A stretch of DNA of 62,985 nucleotides, counting the filler, from Klebsormidium nitens (lineage: Eukaryota; Plantae; Klebsormidiophyceae): the NCBI GenBank assembly GCA_000708835.1. It is 7 parts of 7 records of this genome, joined end to end, with 100 filler letters (N's around TTAATTAATTAA, not from the genome) between each part and the next. Parts side by side here need not be neighbours in the genome. Positions count along the whole stretch, not along the records: positions 32,748 to 41,805 come from DF238234.1; positions 41,906 to 49,780 come from DF238271.1; 5 more parts are not named here. The stretch is one strand, 5' to 3'. The first letter of the stretch is position 1. Every line of letters begins with the position of its first letter. Shown here one piece after another: positions 32,996 to 46,438 of the stretch. The notes under the pieces are model-generated. The model did no database searches. It was not told where the DNA came from and saw only the letters and a program-made list of their open reading frames with translations. The position numbers and the translations under genes were made by a program.

Positions 32996-35900
32996 CAAAC
33001 TAGAGACTGGGAGAAAGGCTCTCAGATTCTGCTACATGAAAACTGCCGTTTGGTCCTCTACTCTTGTGCTTCAAATCCCGGGAAGCCCCTGCAGTCCTAT
33101 GTTGAAAAAGCTCTAGATTAATTGAAAGGGCATGGAAACATGCCTTAGTGTCTATCCCAGAAGCAAGAATCACTGAGAGCACAACGAAGAGTAAAGGAGT
33201 GCGACAACATACCTGGAATGCGTGCGGTCTTCGTTCGGCGCATTGCACAGCCGGCTCCTGCCAGTCGACCGGCTCCACCGCCGGTAGCTCGTGACGGGGT
33301 GAAAGACGGAGGGACATGACGAAGTTCCGCTGCGCCAAGAAAAGTCAAGCGAAGGGTCACAAGAGGTCACCAGAAAACGCATGGGCGCGGTCAAATGACC
33401 AGGCCTCATTGGATGGTCCCTCTCAAGAACAGAGAACGGGGACCGGACGGACAGGGACGCCTTCTAGAACTGGTCTGTTCCGATTAGTGTCAGAGTGTAA
33501 GAACTGAAGATAGATAGAGGTATCTAGTTACCAGCTCTCGAGACTGGATACACCAACTTGAAAGCAGCCTTCCGTCGTCGACACTCTGAGAGGGGTTGCT
33601 AACAAGCCGGGACTCACATCCGCGCAAGTAGAACCAGTTGTGGAACAGTCAGATTCGATCAAAGACAGACGCTCAGCCGCTTACAGACAAATCGACATCG
33701 AGAATACCATCCAACGGAATCACGGGCATACACGCTCATAACGCAACGCTTCTGCTGACACTGTTCTCACCATATGTTGAAAGGTCTCCGGCGGCAGTGG
33801 CAGCGGCAATTGTTAGAAGTCCGGTGCGTAAGGCAGCCGGGCATGCAAAGGGAGGTATAATCACCTCAGAAGCAGTTTGGGAAAGATGCATTATGAGATG
33901 CGTACAGAAGACTCTGCCTTTTTGAAAGCAGCTGAAGAGGTTTTCCATGCCGAGAACTGAGATTGAGTTTCGGTCTTTAGAATCAGGTTGAGACTCGCAG
34001 ACGAGCACAAATAACCTGCGTTTTTGCTCAAGGAGCTACGGTGTAGTCGCAGCGAGTGTGGTTATTAGACCGTCCTTCCCACTACCACTTTCTAAAGTGG
34101 ACTCTGACAGTTAATTTCCGTGATTGTGATCTGAAGATGAGCTACAGTGAACTAGCAATGGCAGCTGAATAGTAAGAGGTGTAACTTCTGCCTCAAGTTC
34201 TGGCATCCTACGTGGAGCTGAAGCGACAGAGGTCTCATCCTTAGCTCAGCCAGGCTGCCAATCAAGTAGCATGGTGTCTTGATTTTCTTTTGGTGAAGCT
34301 AACAACTCCGCCTGAAAGGACGACAGATCGTTGCTGGCGTTCTGTCGTCAGAAAGGAATTTACGCAGCCGGAGGCAACGTCAAGCGGACCACCTGTAAAA
34401 GCCAACACCTTTGATAAGCTTGGACGCCTATGTAGCTTTGTTTTTATTTCTTAGCCAATCGAGTTAGAAGGAGACATATTTCGTCATGTTTTGGGAAAGG
34501 CGAGCTAATTCTGTCCAAGGATCAGGAACTGCAAGACCTGTGCAAATAGATGGGGTTGGATGTCATCAGGACAGAAATTGGCCGAGCAGTGAGCCAGAAC
34601 TGCCAGACTATGAAAAGTGCCAGATTTAAAGTGTCCCAATCTGGCGCTGCCAGGCAAGCTAAAGCCTCTTTAGATTATCTTTGATCTGCAGATATGAGGC
34701 GCTTCCTGCAATATGGAATAGGGTAGAATAGAAGCTGACTGACAGCATTCCAGTACAACTTGAAGGCACATCCAACGTGAACATGAAAAGAGGACCTGAC
34801 AACGCTGATTGGTGTTGAAAATGTTTTCTGTCCTATCATCCTTTGCTTCATGTTCTCTCATTCTTTGCCTTCTAAGATCCTTGCACTTTTTCAGTGATCA
34901 GCAACCATCTCTCTTAAACCTGTGAAAGAGTGCCGTCCATGTCAACTTGACTCAGTTGGTGTTCTGTGCATAACTCAGAATCCGACAACCAAGATGCAAA
35001 GTTGTCAGAAAATGAAAATTCTGAGGGACGCGGTGTGAAGTTCGTTTTGACTACTTCAACTAATGATTCTGAATGAGTTAGCAAAGCGCGCGCGGTGCCT
35101 GCATGGCTCATGATACGAAGCAAGCTCAAGCATTTCTCACCCAAGCAGCTTAGAGTGCATAACTTAGAAATCTAGTCAATGTTGAAGCAAGCAATGCTTG
35201 CAGCTCACCTTTCTTGGGACGTCTGCTCCTTGGAAGCTCTCGACCTGCTGACACGACAAAGTGTTCTGCCATGAACAGCCTTGACATCTTTGCTTTGATC
35301 ACGCTCCCCTTGGTATTGGTGTTCAAGCCTGGAGTTTAGATGCACCCAAAAGATCGCCTTGGAAGGAGCTGAAGCCAAGGGGAAGTCAAGACCTCGACGC
35401 CTGAGCATCCAGAAGCGAGGGTCTCAGCTGTATCATATGAAAATTGAATAATTGAAGTGGTCAAGATGCCGCTCAGCAGCTGCAATCACCGTTTCAGCTG
35501 ATGATTTGTTGATCACTGGCTGTTGCAGTCTCCAAACTGCTCCAAACCCTAAACCTGGCCTCGAGTTTTTTCGAACTACCTGATAACAGCAGCGTTACAG
35601 CGCCGAAGCCGGGAAGGCCGGCTCGCTCGACAGGCGCTGCTTAAAGAAGGGTGTAACGCATGTAGCAAAAATAATCAGCAGATTTCATCCAGAACTGAAC
35701 CCGGATGCTGGGACAACTTCTGAGCTGACAACGTTTCTGCTTTTGAAAGTTGAGCTTGAGCTCCGAGGAGCTGTGTGCAGCAGTGCTCCCGAAAGTCGCT
35801 GACACAGAGAGTTTCTTCAAAGATCAAGACTGAATACATATAAACTTGAGGAATTCTTGAAAGTTTCGAGGGCGTGCACACCGTTTGCATCAACCTATGC

Positions 35901-37292
35901 AGAAGGACTAACAGAATGACAGCAGCTGATGCATCTTGACCCTGGCATCCCCACAATTGGCAACTTTGGCTGACGGCTGACGGTTGACATGAGCGCTCTG
36001 CCCTGGACTACAAGTTACACCTGTTACACATGCTTCTCTGAGCTGCTACGTTAATTTTGGTGAGCCGGTGCAAGGCCTCGTTCATCAGTGGAGCGCTGGC
36101 AATGATGCTCCATGCTCGCCGACTTCACCCAGTGGTCAGTTTTCAGCATCGCCAGCGCTAGCGGCAGTGCCTGCTGATCAGGTGGTGGTAGATGAAGTTG
36201 CAAGAGTCAGAGTCTCTTATTATGTAAGTTCTCCTCTCTGTGCAAACTCTGAAAAGGACTCTTGTTCTAGTCTGTGGCTTTGCCTTGAGCCTTGCTTTGG
36301 AGGTAGCTCTGGAACATTTGGATAGGACATCCAATATCGCTGAGAATGTTGGTTGTGCAATATGCAAGGGAATATCTTCAAACAATCCTGATTGGCTGTT
36401 CTGGTAGGAATCTGGCCATATAGAGAGCATGACCGCTGGACCTGGTCACCTTTCAATTGCAGGAAAAGCCTTTGCCCGGAAGACGATGCAAGTCAGTATC
36501 CAGCAAGGTCCTGCTGTGGTGAATCAAAGGCTGCATGGCCTCAGAACTGGTATTTAGTTCTGCCATGTACTTGACGTTGTGCTCATTTCGTTTTCAACCC
36601 GTTGTATTCAGCAACAGCTTTGTTCGTGGAAGAGAAGAGGTTCGCTGCAATGATCCCTCCTGGAGACTGCTATCTTTTAGGAGTCTCGAGTTTGTCTTTT
36701 GATTTATGATGCTGCTTTGATTGACCTTTATTAGATCCCTACTACCCCAGAATGTTCTGGTGCTCTTTGGTCANNNNNNNNNNNNNNNNNNNNNNNNNNN
36801 NNNNNNNNNNNNNNNNNNNNNNNNNNNNNNNNNNNNNNNNNNNNNNNNNNNNNNNNNNNNNNNNNNNNNNNNNNNNNNNNNNNNNNNNNNNNNNNNNNNN
36901 NNNNNNNNNNNNNNNNNNNNNNNNNNNNNNNNNNNNNNNNNNNNNNNNNNNNNNNNNNNNNNNNNNNNNNNNNNNNNNNNNNNNNNNNNNNNNNNNNNNN
37001 NNNNNNNNNNNNNNNNNNNNNNNNNNNNNNNNNNNNNNNNNNNNNNNNNNNNNNNNNNNNNNNNNNNNNNNNNNNNNNNNNNNNNNNNNNNNNNNNNNNN
37101 NNNNNNNNNNNNNNNNNNNNNNNNNNNNNNNNNNNNNNNNNNNNNNNNNNNNNNNNNNNNNNNNNNNNNNNNNNNNNNNNNNNNNNNNNNNNNNNNNNNN
37201 NNNNNNNNNNNNNNNNNNNNNNNNNNTTTCCTTCCTCAATCATGATCAGGTGCCATACTGTTCTGCACGCCACCTTGCATGGTTGGGCTTCC

Positions 37293-37673
37293 TCATGCCA
37301 ACCTAGGGCGCTTCGCCTGCACTTGCGTGTCCGACACTTGTGATTTAGAATCTTTTTCTTGAAGCAGGAACTCCTTCTCACTGGAACTCCTTCTCACTGC
37401 GCCCGCGCCGATCAGGTTCTTCAACGTTGTACTCATGGGGCGCTCCTGCGCGTCTTCACGTCCAGTGACAAGCTGGACGGGCGCCGTCGCAAAATATTGA
37501 TCCAACGTGGAGCCGTTCGACGACAAGCTCAGGTGCGCGCAAAGAACGAGTGCGTCGTCTAGATCGTCAAAAATGCTTTCCTCTTTGCCTCCCGCTTCCG
37601 TGGCTTTCGGTGGCGATGAGCCAGTTTGGCAGGGGTACTTATTCCAGATCCCTAAGAACTGAGCTTTGACCAT
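37293..37673 (-). pseudogene. Possible hAT-transposase C-terminal fragment
   Basis: VKAQFLGIWNKY..SIFDDLD..STLDQYFATAP resembles the segment before the hAT dimerisation domain, but the PLxWW motif is missing. Confidence 0.25.
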
Positions 37674-38072
37674 TTATTGTTGTGATAGCACACTGCTCTC
37701 AACTTGATTTTTGGGCGATCATGCCAAAGTAAAGCATCCGAACGTCATTTAACCCGCCGTTCGTCTTTTGGTGTCCGTGCTTTTGTCCTAAATCTTTCAC
37801 AGAGGCCTTGAAGTGTTTCCACTGATGCTCGGAGAGTGGGAAACATTCCGAGCAGTTGATCTTCACCCCTCTGGCACGTGAAACTTAAACAAAAAATGAG
37901 AAATAGAAAGCGCGCCCTTCGCAGGTGGCCCCGTCCTTTCACCACTCTGTCCTTCAAGGTGTGGAAGTCACCACCAGATTGTGCGCCTCATCTTCTGCAT
38001 CCGCCGTCACGTCAGCAGCCACGTCACCTAGCAGCCACGTCACCTGACACGCCAGCGACTGGTGAGGTGTTG

Positions 38073-40107
38073 ATGTTAAACGACTTCTTCCTGTCGCTGG
38101 CCACTCAAAACGTGGACATCTTCCGGCTGGAGCGCGCAAGAGGGGGCACTGCCGTGCACAAGGTGGGCGCGCTTTTGTGTTACGCCGCGCAAGCGGTCGG
38201 TTACGTCATATTTGTGTCCCGGCGCCATATTTTCTGTTTCGGCAGGGGCCCGCAGGACCACGACGGGCAGTCCTCTGCAAACCGGATTACACAACCCATC
38301 TCGCGACCTCTCGCCTTTCCCTTCTCTTCTTATTTGAACTTGCTATGTTGTCAAAGCCCCCTTGGGAGGATGCCCACGATGCACAGGTGAAGAAGGGTGC
38401 CGTTTCAAACGTGACTACAAAAGCGAGATGTGTACACGGTGTGTTTCCCGAACTGCCAGGTGGACATCTCTCATGCAGTCGAGCGGCGGGTGGGCAGCTT
38501 GCAACACCGGCCACAGCAGGATCAGAACCATTCTAAGCCTCACGTACTTTGGAAAGACATGAATGGCCTGCTTCCTGCAGATTGGGACTATGGCAAGCGA
38601 TGGCTGCAGCAGGACCCATCAGAATCACGGAGATACGGAGAAAGTGAGCACCAGTTTTGTCGTTTCTTGTTTCCGGGCTCAAATTAATGGGTGAAATTAA
38701 CAATATATAGCAACAGAAGACCGCATTGCTATTCAACAAAAAGATGCAACAGTGTCAACAACATCAGAGCGCACGAAGAGCTATTGTGACGAGAGGAGAG
38801 AGTCCTTCCATCTCTGTCTCCTCATTTGCCGTTTTCCAAACCTCAAAGACGTCTTGATCTTATCCTGAGCTTGGCACTTTCATGATGCACGGTCAGCCGT
38901 TGGGGCCTAAGGCTGTCGCACTTGCACGATTCGTTCTTAAAATGTGCTGCCGCTACTCGCCTGTTAGGGAGCGATTGAAGCAAGTGTTGTTTGTACTCCT
39001 TGCGCTCGTCTCATCGTGCTTTAAAGCTTTCAACTGCTGTCCTTCTGCGAACATAGAGTCCGAGTCCCAAGATCTTCTTTTCCCAGTCGGATGCCTTTTC
39101 GAGCGAGCTCTCTTTTTACGTGCTTCCATGTGTATGGCAAGGCAATGCGGACGTCATAAACCTTTAACCCCTCGCAGTCGCGACCCACACCGCCATTAAC
39201 TCCTTCCAGGCGGTTGCGCCCTTTTACCGCTGCAATCACGAGCAACGACCACGACGGCCGCCGTCAGTGTGACGTCAGCAAGACCGGGCGGCCGGCCGCA
39301 CGAGAGAACGCTCAAGTTCGACATGCACAACGCCGCTAAGGACCTCGTAAGCCGTCCTCCTTGACGAAGCTCTGACTTCCTCTTCGCATGTCCCGTTGAT
39401 TTCGCTTCTATCTCGCAAGCACGTTCCATATACTAGGATCTGATCGCTTCCTGTTTTGTGTAATTCAGTCTTGGCAGTGGAAGGCAGGGTGTGGAATCCG
39501 AAAAGCCCGACTGGACCTCGTTTTTCCCCCAACCCCCTTGACAAGCAACAGTGGAAACTCAGCAGTAGAAACCCACTCTCGTCAAACCTAGCAAGCACTT
39601 TAAAAGGTTTCCGCTTTTCCGAGGCAGGGGACCTGGGCTCTGTGGCTTTTGTCGAATGCTGCCTCGACGCATTCCTCTCTTTGGGCCCTACAGAAGGCTT
39701 CTTCTAACAGCGTCGCTCGCAATTTCTCCCAATGGGCTTTGGAAGTTCTTTGCCTCTTCAAGACCTTGCAGCCCTTCACAAAACCCCGAGGGACCCGCAT
39801 ACAACATTGACATTCTAGACCTTCCACTCCTGACAATCGCAACACGCAGACTACTACGACAAGATCCTAAATCTTCCAGATTGACCTGCAGATGGTTGAG
39901 GACGCGCGCGCGCTCGTCCTGACGGACAGTACCCTCCAGCCGATGTCCTGCGCGAGCGGCTCTTCCCGGTGGTCGCAGACGTCCGGCTGCGCTTCTTCTG
40001 AAGCTGACACATCGTACCCGGGAGTGGGTCCTGCCCGCGGCGCTGCGCTAGGGGCCCACCTGGCGGCTGTTCGACCTCCGGTTCGGGTACCGAGGTGCGC
40101 CGGCCAG
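38073..40107 (+). pseudogene. DDX11: DDX11/CHL1 (XPD-family) helicase internal gene fragment with introns, decayed
   Basis: 38073-38162 LNDFFLSLATQNVDIFRLER..HK|GT; 39241-39346 SNDHDGR..TLKFDMHNAAKDL|GT; 39892-40107 AG|MVEDARALVLTDSTLQPM, then frameshift to LRERLFP..RFF*S*HIVP..GP..LFDLRF|GT. The order matches DDX11 (NDFLF..NINLFK; DGR..LK..LN..F; ARAV.LAGGT.QP; FSCGHVIP; GP..F.F.F). Confidence 0.75.
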
Positions 40108-41639
40108 GTGAGAAATGGTCTCGCCTTTTTGTCTGGACATGTCGCCTTTGAGCGCACGATCGGACGACATTATTCAGGTCGAACACTCGACGTGTCTCAA
40201 CACAGATTCGGAGCGACATGAAACAGTCACGGAAACTGGCAGTCAGTCGCCGACCAATCACAGCTTGCCACGTCAGCACTCAAAGGTAGATGGAGCAGCT
40301 TTTTCCACCGCCAAAAGAACGGCCCTTCGAGTGGGCGCCACGTCAGCATGTTTTGAACAAGTCTTCTCCTTCTTCCGTAACCCCAAGAGACTTCAAAGCA
40401 TCCCACGTTGCTCGAGCTTTTCTCCCACCTCTATTTACAGTAGAAGCCGCACTTTTCTCACACACGCGTCTAAGCAACTCGGCCTTTTGGAAGTAAGGCA
40501 GCAATCTGGGATTCAGTCGCGGACGGACTGCTCTTGAATTCATGTTTTGCATCGATGAACTTAACCGACTCTGGCTTTCTCTTGTCTATTCTGCAGTACT
40601 CGCAAAGGTCGGTGCACTAGTACTGGTCAGCGGGAGGTTGGATCCACAGAGCGTGCGACCTCCACGGGGCAGCGAAAGCTCGGCCGGGAACAGAACACTA
40701 AGGTGAGGATGCTCCCGATCCGTATTGGATGATGGAGGAGCGAACGTGAATAACATCAGACGACTGGAAATCTCGCACTTCGTCTCCACATATCTCCACT
40801 TTTACAACTTTCATCAGGGTCCGGAGCTGAAGCTTGAGAGATGTTCGGAGAAGGGAAACGTCAGAAACAAACGTCAGCGTTTGGTCATCCGATTGCATTC
40901 TCCGTTTTAATTCTGCATAACACGCACGGGCGAAGAAGCAACGAGTGCACGTTCGGAAGCCGTCTCGAACCTCACTGGTACCCCGCCGTAAGTCTTGCTG
41001 CGAATGCTTGGGCGCTTCCTCTGCGATCAGAACGGCTCGGGTAGAATCTAACGTGTGTTCCTTCTTGTTTCTTTTGGCAGGTTGTACTTATACAAAACGC
41101 GTCAGCGGCCTCGGGCTAAAGTAGGACAGTAGGGATAAAATAGGAGCGTTGGTGGAGCGAGACGCTACTGGTAGTTGTCTACAAACAGACTTCTGTACTG
41201 GGCACTTGTGTTGTATCTTGGAAGCAGCTCCTCTTCAAGGCTTCAGAAGTTCAATGCCTGAGCGTTCAGCATTTTCATGTTGCGATCCTGATCGTTGTCA
41301 TGCGTGAATTCCGTCTTCCTGGTTGGACAACGCATGAAGTCCTTTTCTCGCACCTGCTAAAACGGTTTCCGCACTTCCTGGCAGTCTATCTTACCAAGGT
41401 TGAAGCGCTGACTGGCAAGGCTTTTTGGAGACACGATTTTCATATTCTGCGCTTCGTCTGGTTCCAGGAAGGCTGCAGCTTGTATTGGTATTGCTGGACT
41501 TGCCTGGTTCGAGTGCTTCTTGAGCAATTCCCTGACTTTCTTGAGCTTGACTCCCGTTTCTTGGTAAGAAACATACAACCTGGTGACGGTGCATACTGCC
41601 CGGTTGATCTGGCGAGATATTTTTAACGATCGTACACGT

Positions 41640-41805
41640 TTCCCTGTTGACCTAGACCAGTTCGTAACCAGGCGTCAACCACGCGCTACCCGTTCTCTGG
41701 TTGACCGTCAACCGGGCCTGCCCTTGTCGGCGGTCAACCGTGCTCTGGTCGAGGATTCCGTCAACCAGACATGCCCCGGTTGACGATCAACCGGTCGTGG
41801 TTGAC
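41640..41805. repeat. GGTTGAC/GTCAACC motif-rich tract at the contig end
   Basis: About 10 copies of GGTTGAC or GTCAACC in both orientations, next to a gap; same core motif as 32748-32995. Confidence 0.8.
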
Positions 41806-41905
41806 NNNNNNNNNNNNNNNNNNNNNNNNNNNNNNNNNNNNNNNNNNNNTTAATTAATTAANNNNNNNNNNNNNNNNNNNNNNNNNNNNNNNNNNNNNNN
41901 NNNNN

Positions 41906-43084
41906 GTTCCTTGAACTTCAATGGGACCCTCCCTACAAAATCTCTCATCTTAGGGTCTAACCTGGTTGCCAACCCTGGAGCTGCCATCACCTGCAGCTTT
42001 AGCAACTGAGCCATGTGCTTGACTCCGAGCATGCCTCGCGGATCGTACTCTACTTGCCACCCCTCGTAAATGCGCGCCCGCTTCTCGGTAACCGGATCCA
42101 CCGACGTTTCCCGGCCCGCCTGGGAGAGCGAAATTCGAAGCCCCATCTTCTTGAAGATGTGGTTCAAAGCGTGCGTTACCGCTTTCCGGTCCCTGACGTC
42201 GACCAATGTGCGCTTAGCTCGAGTATCGAACAGATGTACACAACTGTCGTACTCTTTGAAATACTTCGTAACCAGGAGCTTCGGTGCCAATGTCTCGAGA
42301 GGTTCTGAGATGTGCTCATGGTCGAGCGGATGTGCCAGACCAAGCGTGGAGAGTATCTCTCTTGTGATGTGGACCTCGACTGGTCGATAGCTAGCCCTTC
42401 CTATATCCGTGATGTCCCACTGATGGAAACGATCAATCACTTGCAGCAGAAATGTGAGAGACTCTAGGGGCTTTGCACCATACACGTCAAGGAACTCCTC
42501 GCTAAGGCGACGGATCGTGTAGAAGCGGAGAAGTTTGAACCTGTCCATCTTTGCAACATCACCGTCCTGATGCGTCCGCTTCTGAAGCAACCGCTCAATT
42601 CGTTGAAATTCTTGGCTCGAGATGTCGGTTGCTTCGAGCAACCGTTGCTTCGAGCAACCGTTGCTTCAGAAAGCCCGTCGGACGCGTCTCCACCTGCGTG
42701 CCATCGCCAACCTTCTCGGTCTTGTCAAATCGCAGCTGTAACAATCCTCTCACGATATGACCCTCGCTCTTGAGCAACTCCGTGAACACTTCATAGAAGT
42801 GTGATTGACCGTTGATGGTTTCAGCGTCATTGTGCGCGAGTAACTTTGCAATTGGATCTTCAGGTGGGACGTACTCGAGTAGACCCCCCTCTCCCCTCTG
42901 CGTGACTCGGGAATACAACGCCCTGCCTCGTCGCTGGCCCAACGATTGAATTGGTAGACCTCCTCTACGCTTTTCCGTCGAGTGCTGGTTACCCGCTTGT
43001 GTCCCATACCAGTCAGAAACTTGAAAGGGGGCTCAGGAGTCTCTGTAGAAAACGTATGATCAAGGTCATGGCTCAATTGAAGCA
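41906..43084 (-). pseudogene. C-terminal exon of the helicase, two frameshifts, runs into the gap
   Basis: CTCTTAG|TG LQLSH..; shift at a G run near 42885; KLLAHNDAE..F; 16-bp duplication at 42629-42660; LLEATDIS..LGLAHPLD..ALNHIFKKMGLRI. Confidence 0.75.
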
Positions 43085-43235
43085 CTAAGAGGACGCAGCT
43101 CGAGACATCGTTCTCAGACCCCTAGAAGTCTCACTATGCATGTATCCAAAGCCCGCAGAAGCCAGGCGATTAGTCTCGGAGCGAAATCCGGGCAGCTCGA
43201 GCTCGAGTTCAAAAGCGGATGCAAGACCACACGGG

Positions 43236-43885
43236 GCTTGTCCAGCTTTTGCAGAATTAAGGCATATATAATTGTGCAAAATGTGGACAGACGGGTGTCG
43301 TTCATTTAGGGCTAGATTTTGCTAGTAAAAAAAGCATCCTCGTTGAGTCACCTGAGCCTCCAGTTGTCTCAGTGAAGCCCGTTGTCTGTACGACGGTGCT
43401 GTCAGCATGACCGTCAACAGGTTGCGTCACAATGGAGCAAGGGCAAGAAATTCGTTGTTGGTCGGCCTCATCTGCACGGTGCATTGCCCGGGGTAAGATT
43501 TAACTCCAACACAATGATTTGTTGTTTACGTTTTGCAAATAAAAAGGCATACTCAACACAGAGCTTGTCTAGGTTCTGCAAGATCAAATGCATAAGCAGA
43601 GACCTGGTGCCGGATGCCAACGTCCAGCTTTTGCAGAATCAATGCATATATGATTGTGCAGAACGTGGACAGCTCTCGCGTCGTATGCCAACGTCCAGTT
43701 TTTGCAGAACGTGGACAGCTCTGGTGCCGAATGCCAACATCACGTGGCTTGTCCAGCTTTTGCAGAATCAAGGCATATATGATTGTTGCAATTCGTGGAC
43801 AGCTCTGGCACCGGATGCCAACCTCACATGACTTGTCCAGCTTTTGCAGAAACAAGGCTATACAAAATTGCAAAACCTGGACACC
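43236..43885. repeat. Intronic palindromic module copies (TGTCCAGCTTTTGCA..AAGGCATATA..TGCAGAACGTGGACA)
   Basis: One copy at 43236-43290 and about five full or collapsed copies at 43560-43885. Confidence 0.85.
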
Positions 43886-44325
43886 TCTAGTGCACTGGAA
43901 CGAGCAAGCATCCCTGTTCGTTCTCTAATAAGCTCATTGGCTACAATACAAAATACCTTTTTGGCAGACTTTCCCATGGAAGCCGAAACAAAGCTTGCAA
44001 TGCTAGCAGTGTCCACTCCGCTGCATGCTCTAGTGTTGGCCATGGGTGCTCCTGTGACAATGCAATCGGATTAGAGGTGAATGAAGCTTGGAAATTCGAT
44101 ATTGTGTTAAGTATACTGGGTCTTCGACCTTTCGAAAGGATTCGAGATGATCGTTTTTGTTGAAAGGCTCAGATCGCAATGGAGGCAGTATAGACTTGCG
44201 AGATCTACCATTCACGTTGCAAAAAGTATCCAGCAAGTGTTAGCCATCCGAAAATAATTAGACACTGGGCTGCAAACAATATTCAATAGGCTTCAGTAAC
44301 ATCTAAGATCTGGTTGGAACCGTAC

Positions 44326-45371
44326 CTGCGGAGTCCTGGCCGTTGGTTGTCACTGTGCACCTGGAGGGGGCCTCCTCCACAGGCAGAGTAATACCTTGCT
44401 GCACAAAGCACAGGACTGAGGGGTTTCCGAGCTTGCGGACGCGGCTCTTCATTTGGTCCAGACCCCTTGGCGTAGTGCTTCCCTTGCATATGTAGATGAA
44501 TGCCCGGGCAAACCAGGGTCTGTTGAAGTCGACCGCAGGCTCGACGGTAGGGCTCAGCATGACTAGGCGCTTCGTCCATTGCTCGTTCACCTGCTCGAGA
44601 CCCTTCTTCACCGGACCGCATGAGTCCCGCGTGATTCTTAAGATTTCGGCCCCGGACAGCACCTTCCGGACAGCACGACTCTCTCCAACAAATCGACCTC
44701 GTTCGAGGACATCGAGTACACGATGCAGTTCTTTCCTTTCCGTAGCGATTCGAGCAACGTATTCTGCCAATACTCATGCCCTTCCTTCCTGTTGACGAAC
44801 ACAAATTCCAGCGGCCTTTGCGGGAGAGATCCGTTGATCACTACAGGTCCGCACTTGATCCCGTTCATCGTGAAAAAGTCGAAGGTCCGTTGGCCCAGAT
44901 GACCATCGAGCGCAATGACTTTCGTTGCTCGCAGCAAAATCTCCACCAGCAGATTGACAGTAGAGTGCCTGCCAGTGTTTCGAAAGGTCGAAGCAGACAG
45001 GTGGAAGAGAATGGACTCGATCTCATCGAAAATGACCAGATCGAAAGGCTCGAAAAACCTCCCCGCTGCAACGAGGCCCGGCAAGCTGTCGAACTGGCAG
45101 ATGACGTCCGGATGGCGTTTGCGGTCCGTAAGAGCCTCCACGAAATGCCCCTGCTCGTTGAAGCGGCCCGGCGTGCTCTTCAGATCGTTGTAACTAGTGG
45201 GAGTACTCCGGATTCTTCCTCTGAGCGTCGCTTGCTTGAGTCTGCCGGTATGTCACCATAAGCTTTGTCTTCGGCCTGGGCTCCTCGGAGGAAAGCTGCC
45301 TGACCATGGTGGATTTGCCGGTGTCCATGGGGCTGCGGATGAGTAGAGCTTGGAAGTCTCCACCTTGAAAC
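44326..45371 (-). pseudogene. SF2 UL9-like helicase core exon, two frameshifts
   Basis: TTTTTGCAG|G FQGG..IRSPMDTGKST..DEIES..QMKSRVR..DSA G|GTACGG; 4-bp insertion near 45193 and 14-bp duplication at 44652-44676. Confidence 0.85.
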
Positions 45372-45843
45372 CTGCAAAAACGAAATGTCCGCAGAAGATC
45401 CAAGAAAGAGTCCAAGCTTTTGGGAATGTGACACTTTGTCTATGTTCTGCAAGAGTAGTTAATACATATGAATGTATGCAAAAGCCAGACGGAGCTGAAG
45501 AGCTATGATATGCATTGCGTCTCAGTGATTGCATTGCATCGATACGTTGAACCGCAACACAAGCTTTAGAAGATGCACGAGGGGCAAGCTGTTATGCAAT
45601 CTGCTTTGCAATCGAAACAGACCTTGGAAGCTCGGAAAAATTTAGGCGATCAGCTTTGTCTATGTTCTGCAGATTTCTAGCATATCCGGATATTGAACCA
45701 AATGAGGTGACAACAAAAAATCATGACATTAACTCGCTGAATTTAAGTCGTTTGCTTCCAGCATGCTCGATTCGAAAGTGTAACAGGCTTTACTTGGTCT
45801 CAAGAACTTCGAAGAGAGACGTAAGCCAAACACCGCCACTTAC

Positions 45844-46379
45844 TTGTTGACCTGGCTGTTGAAGACAATGGTGTTCGTCATTTGCTTGACCCCAGCTTGG
45901 ATCAAGTGCAGGTCCGTTGGACCCGCGACTAGAGGATCCCTGCTCAGATATCGCATGTTGATTTCCACGGCTCCCGCTTTCCAAGTTTCCGCATCCGCGT
46001 ACAGGAGCCCTAAGTAGTGGGCAGCCTGTTCTTTGCACGTCAGCCCGGTTGCGGGGTCGACTCTCTCGCTCGAGCACTTGGCAAAGACCGCGTTTTCTTG
46101 CTCGTTCACGATGCAAAGGATGTCGCGCTGCCCGGAATGTATGTGCCCCGCATAGCATGGCTCACCATCCCGATCCGTCCAGCTGAAATTGAGCTGGTTG
46201 CTCAAGCCTCGCTTGAAAGCGGTCGGGTGCAGACCTTGCAAAAGCTTGAGGCAGCGCTGGGTGTTGTATGCGTTGGCAAAGTGGGGATTGAGGTAGGCCA
46301 TGTCCGCTGACTTTTTGAGAAGTCTGCACTCCTTGACAGCGTCGGGCGCAATGATTGGAACCCGGATGAAAACAACCTG
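45844..46379 (-). CDS. Zn-finger/linker exon of the primase-helicase
   Basis: TTTTGCAG| QVVFIRVP..DGEPCYAGHIH..FAKCSSERVD..QVN AA|GTAAGT. Confidence 0.75.
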
Positions 46380-46438
46380 CTGCAAAACCGTATATAGCAT
46401 TAGAAACCCTGGCTGGGATTGCTCTGTGACCACATGGC

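Noticed and set aside
34600-36460. Possible LRR/F-box-like gene relic on the minus strand
   Set aside because: Short fragments with stops and no diagnostic motif run.
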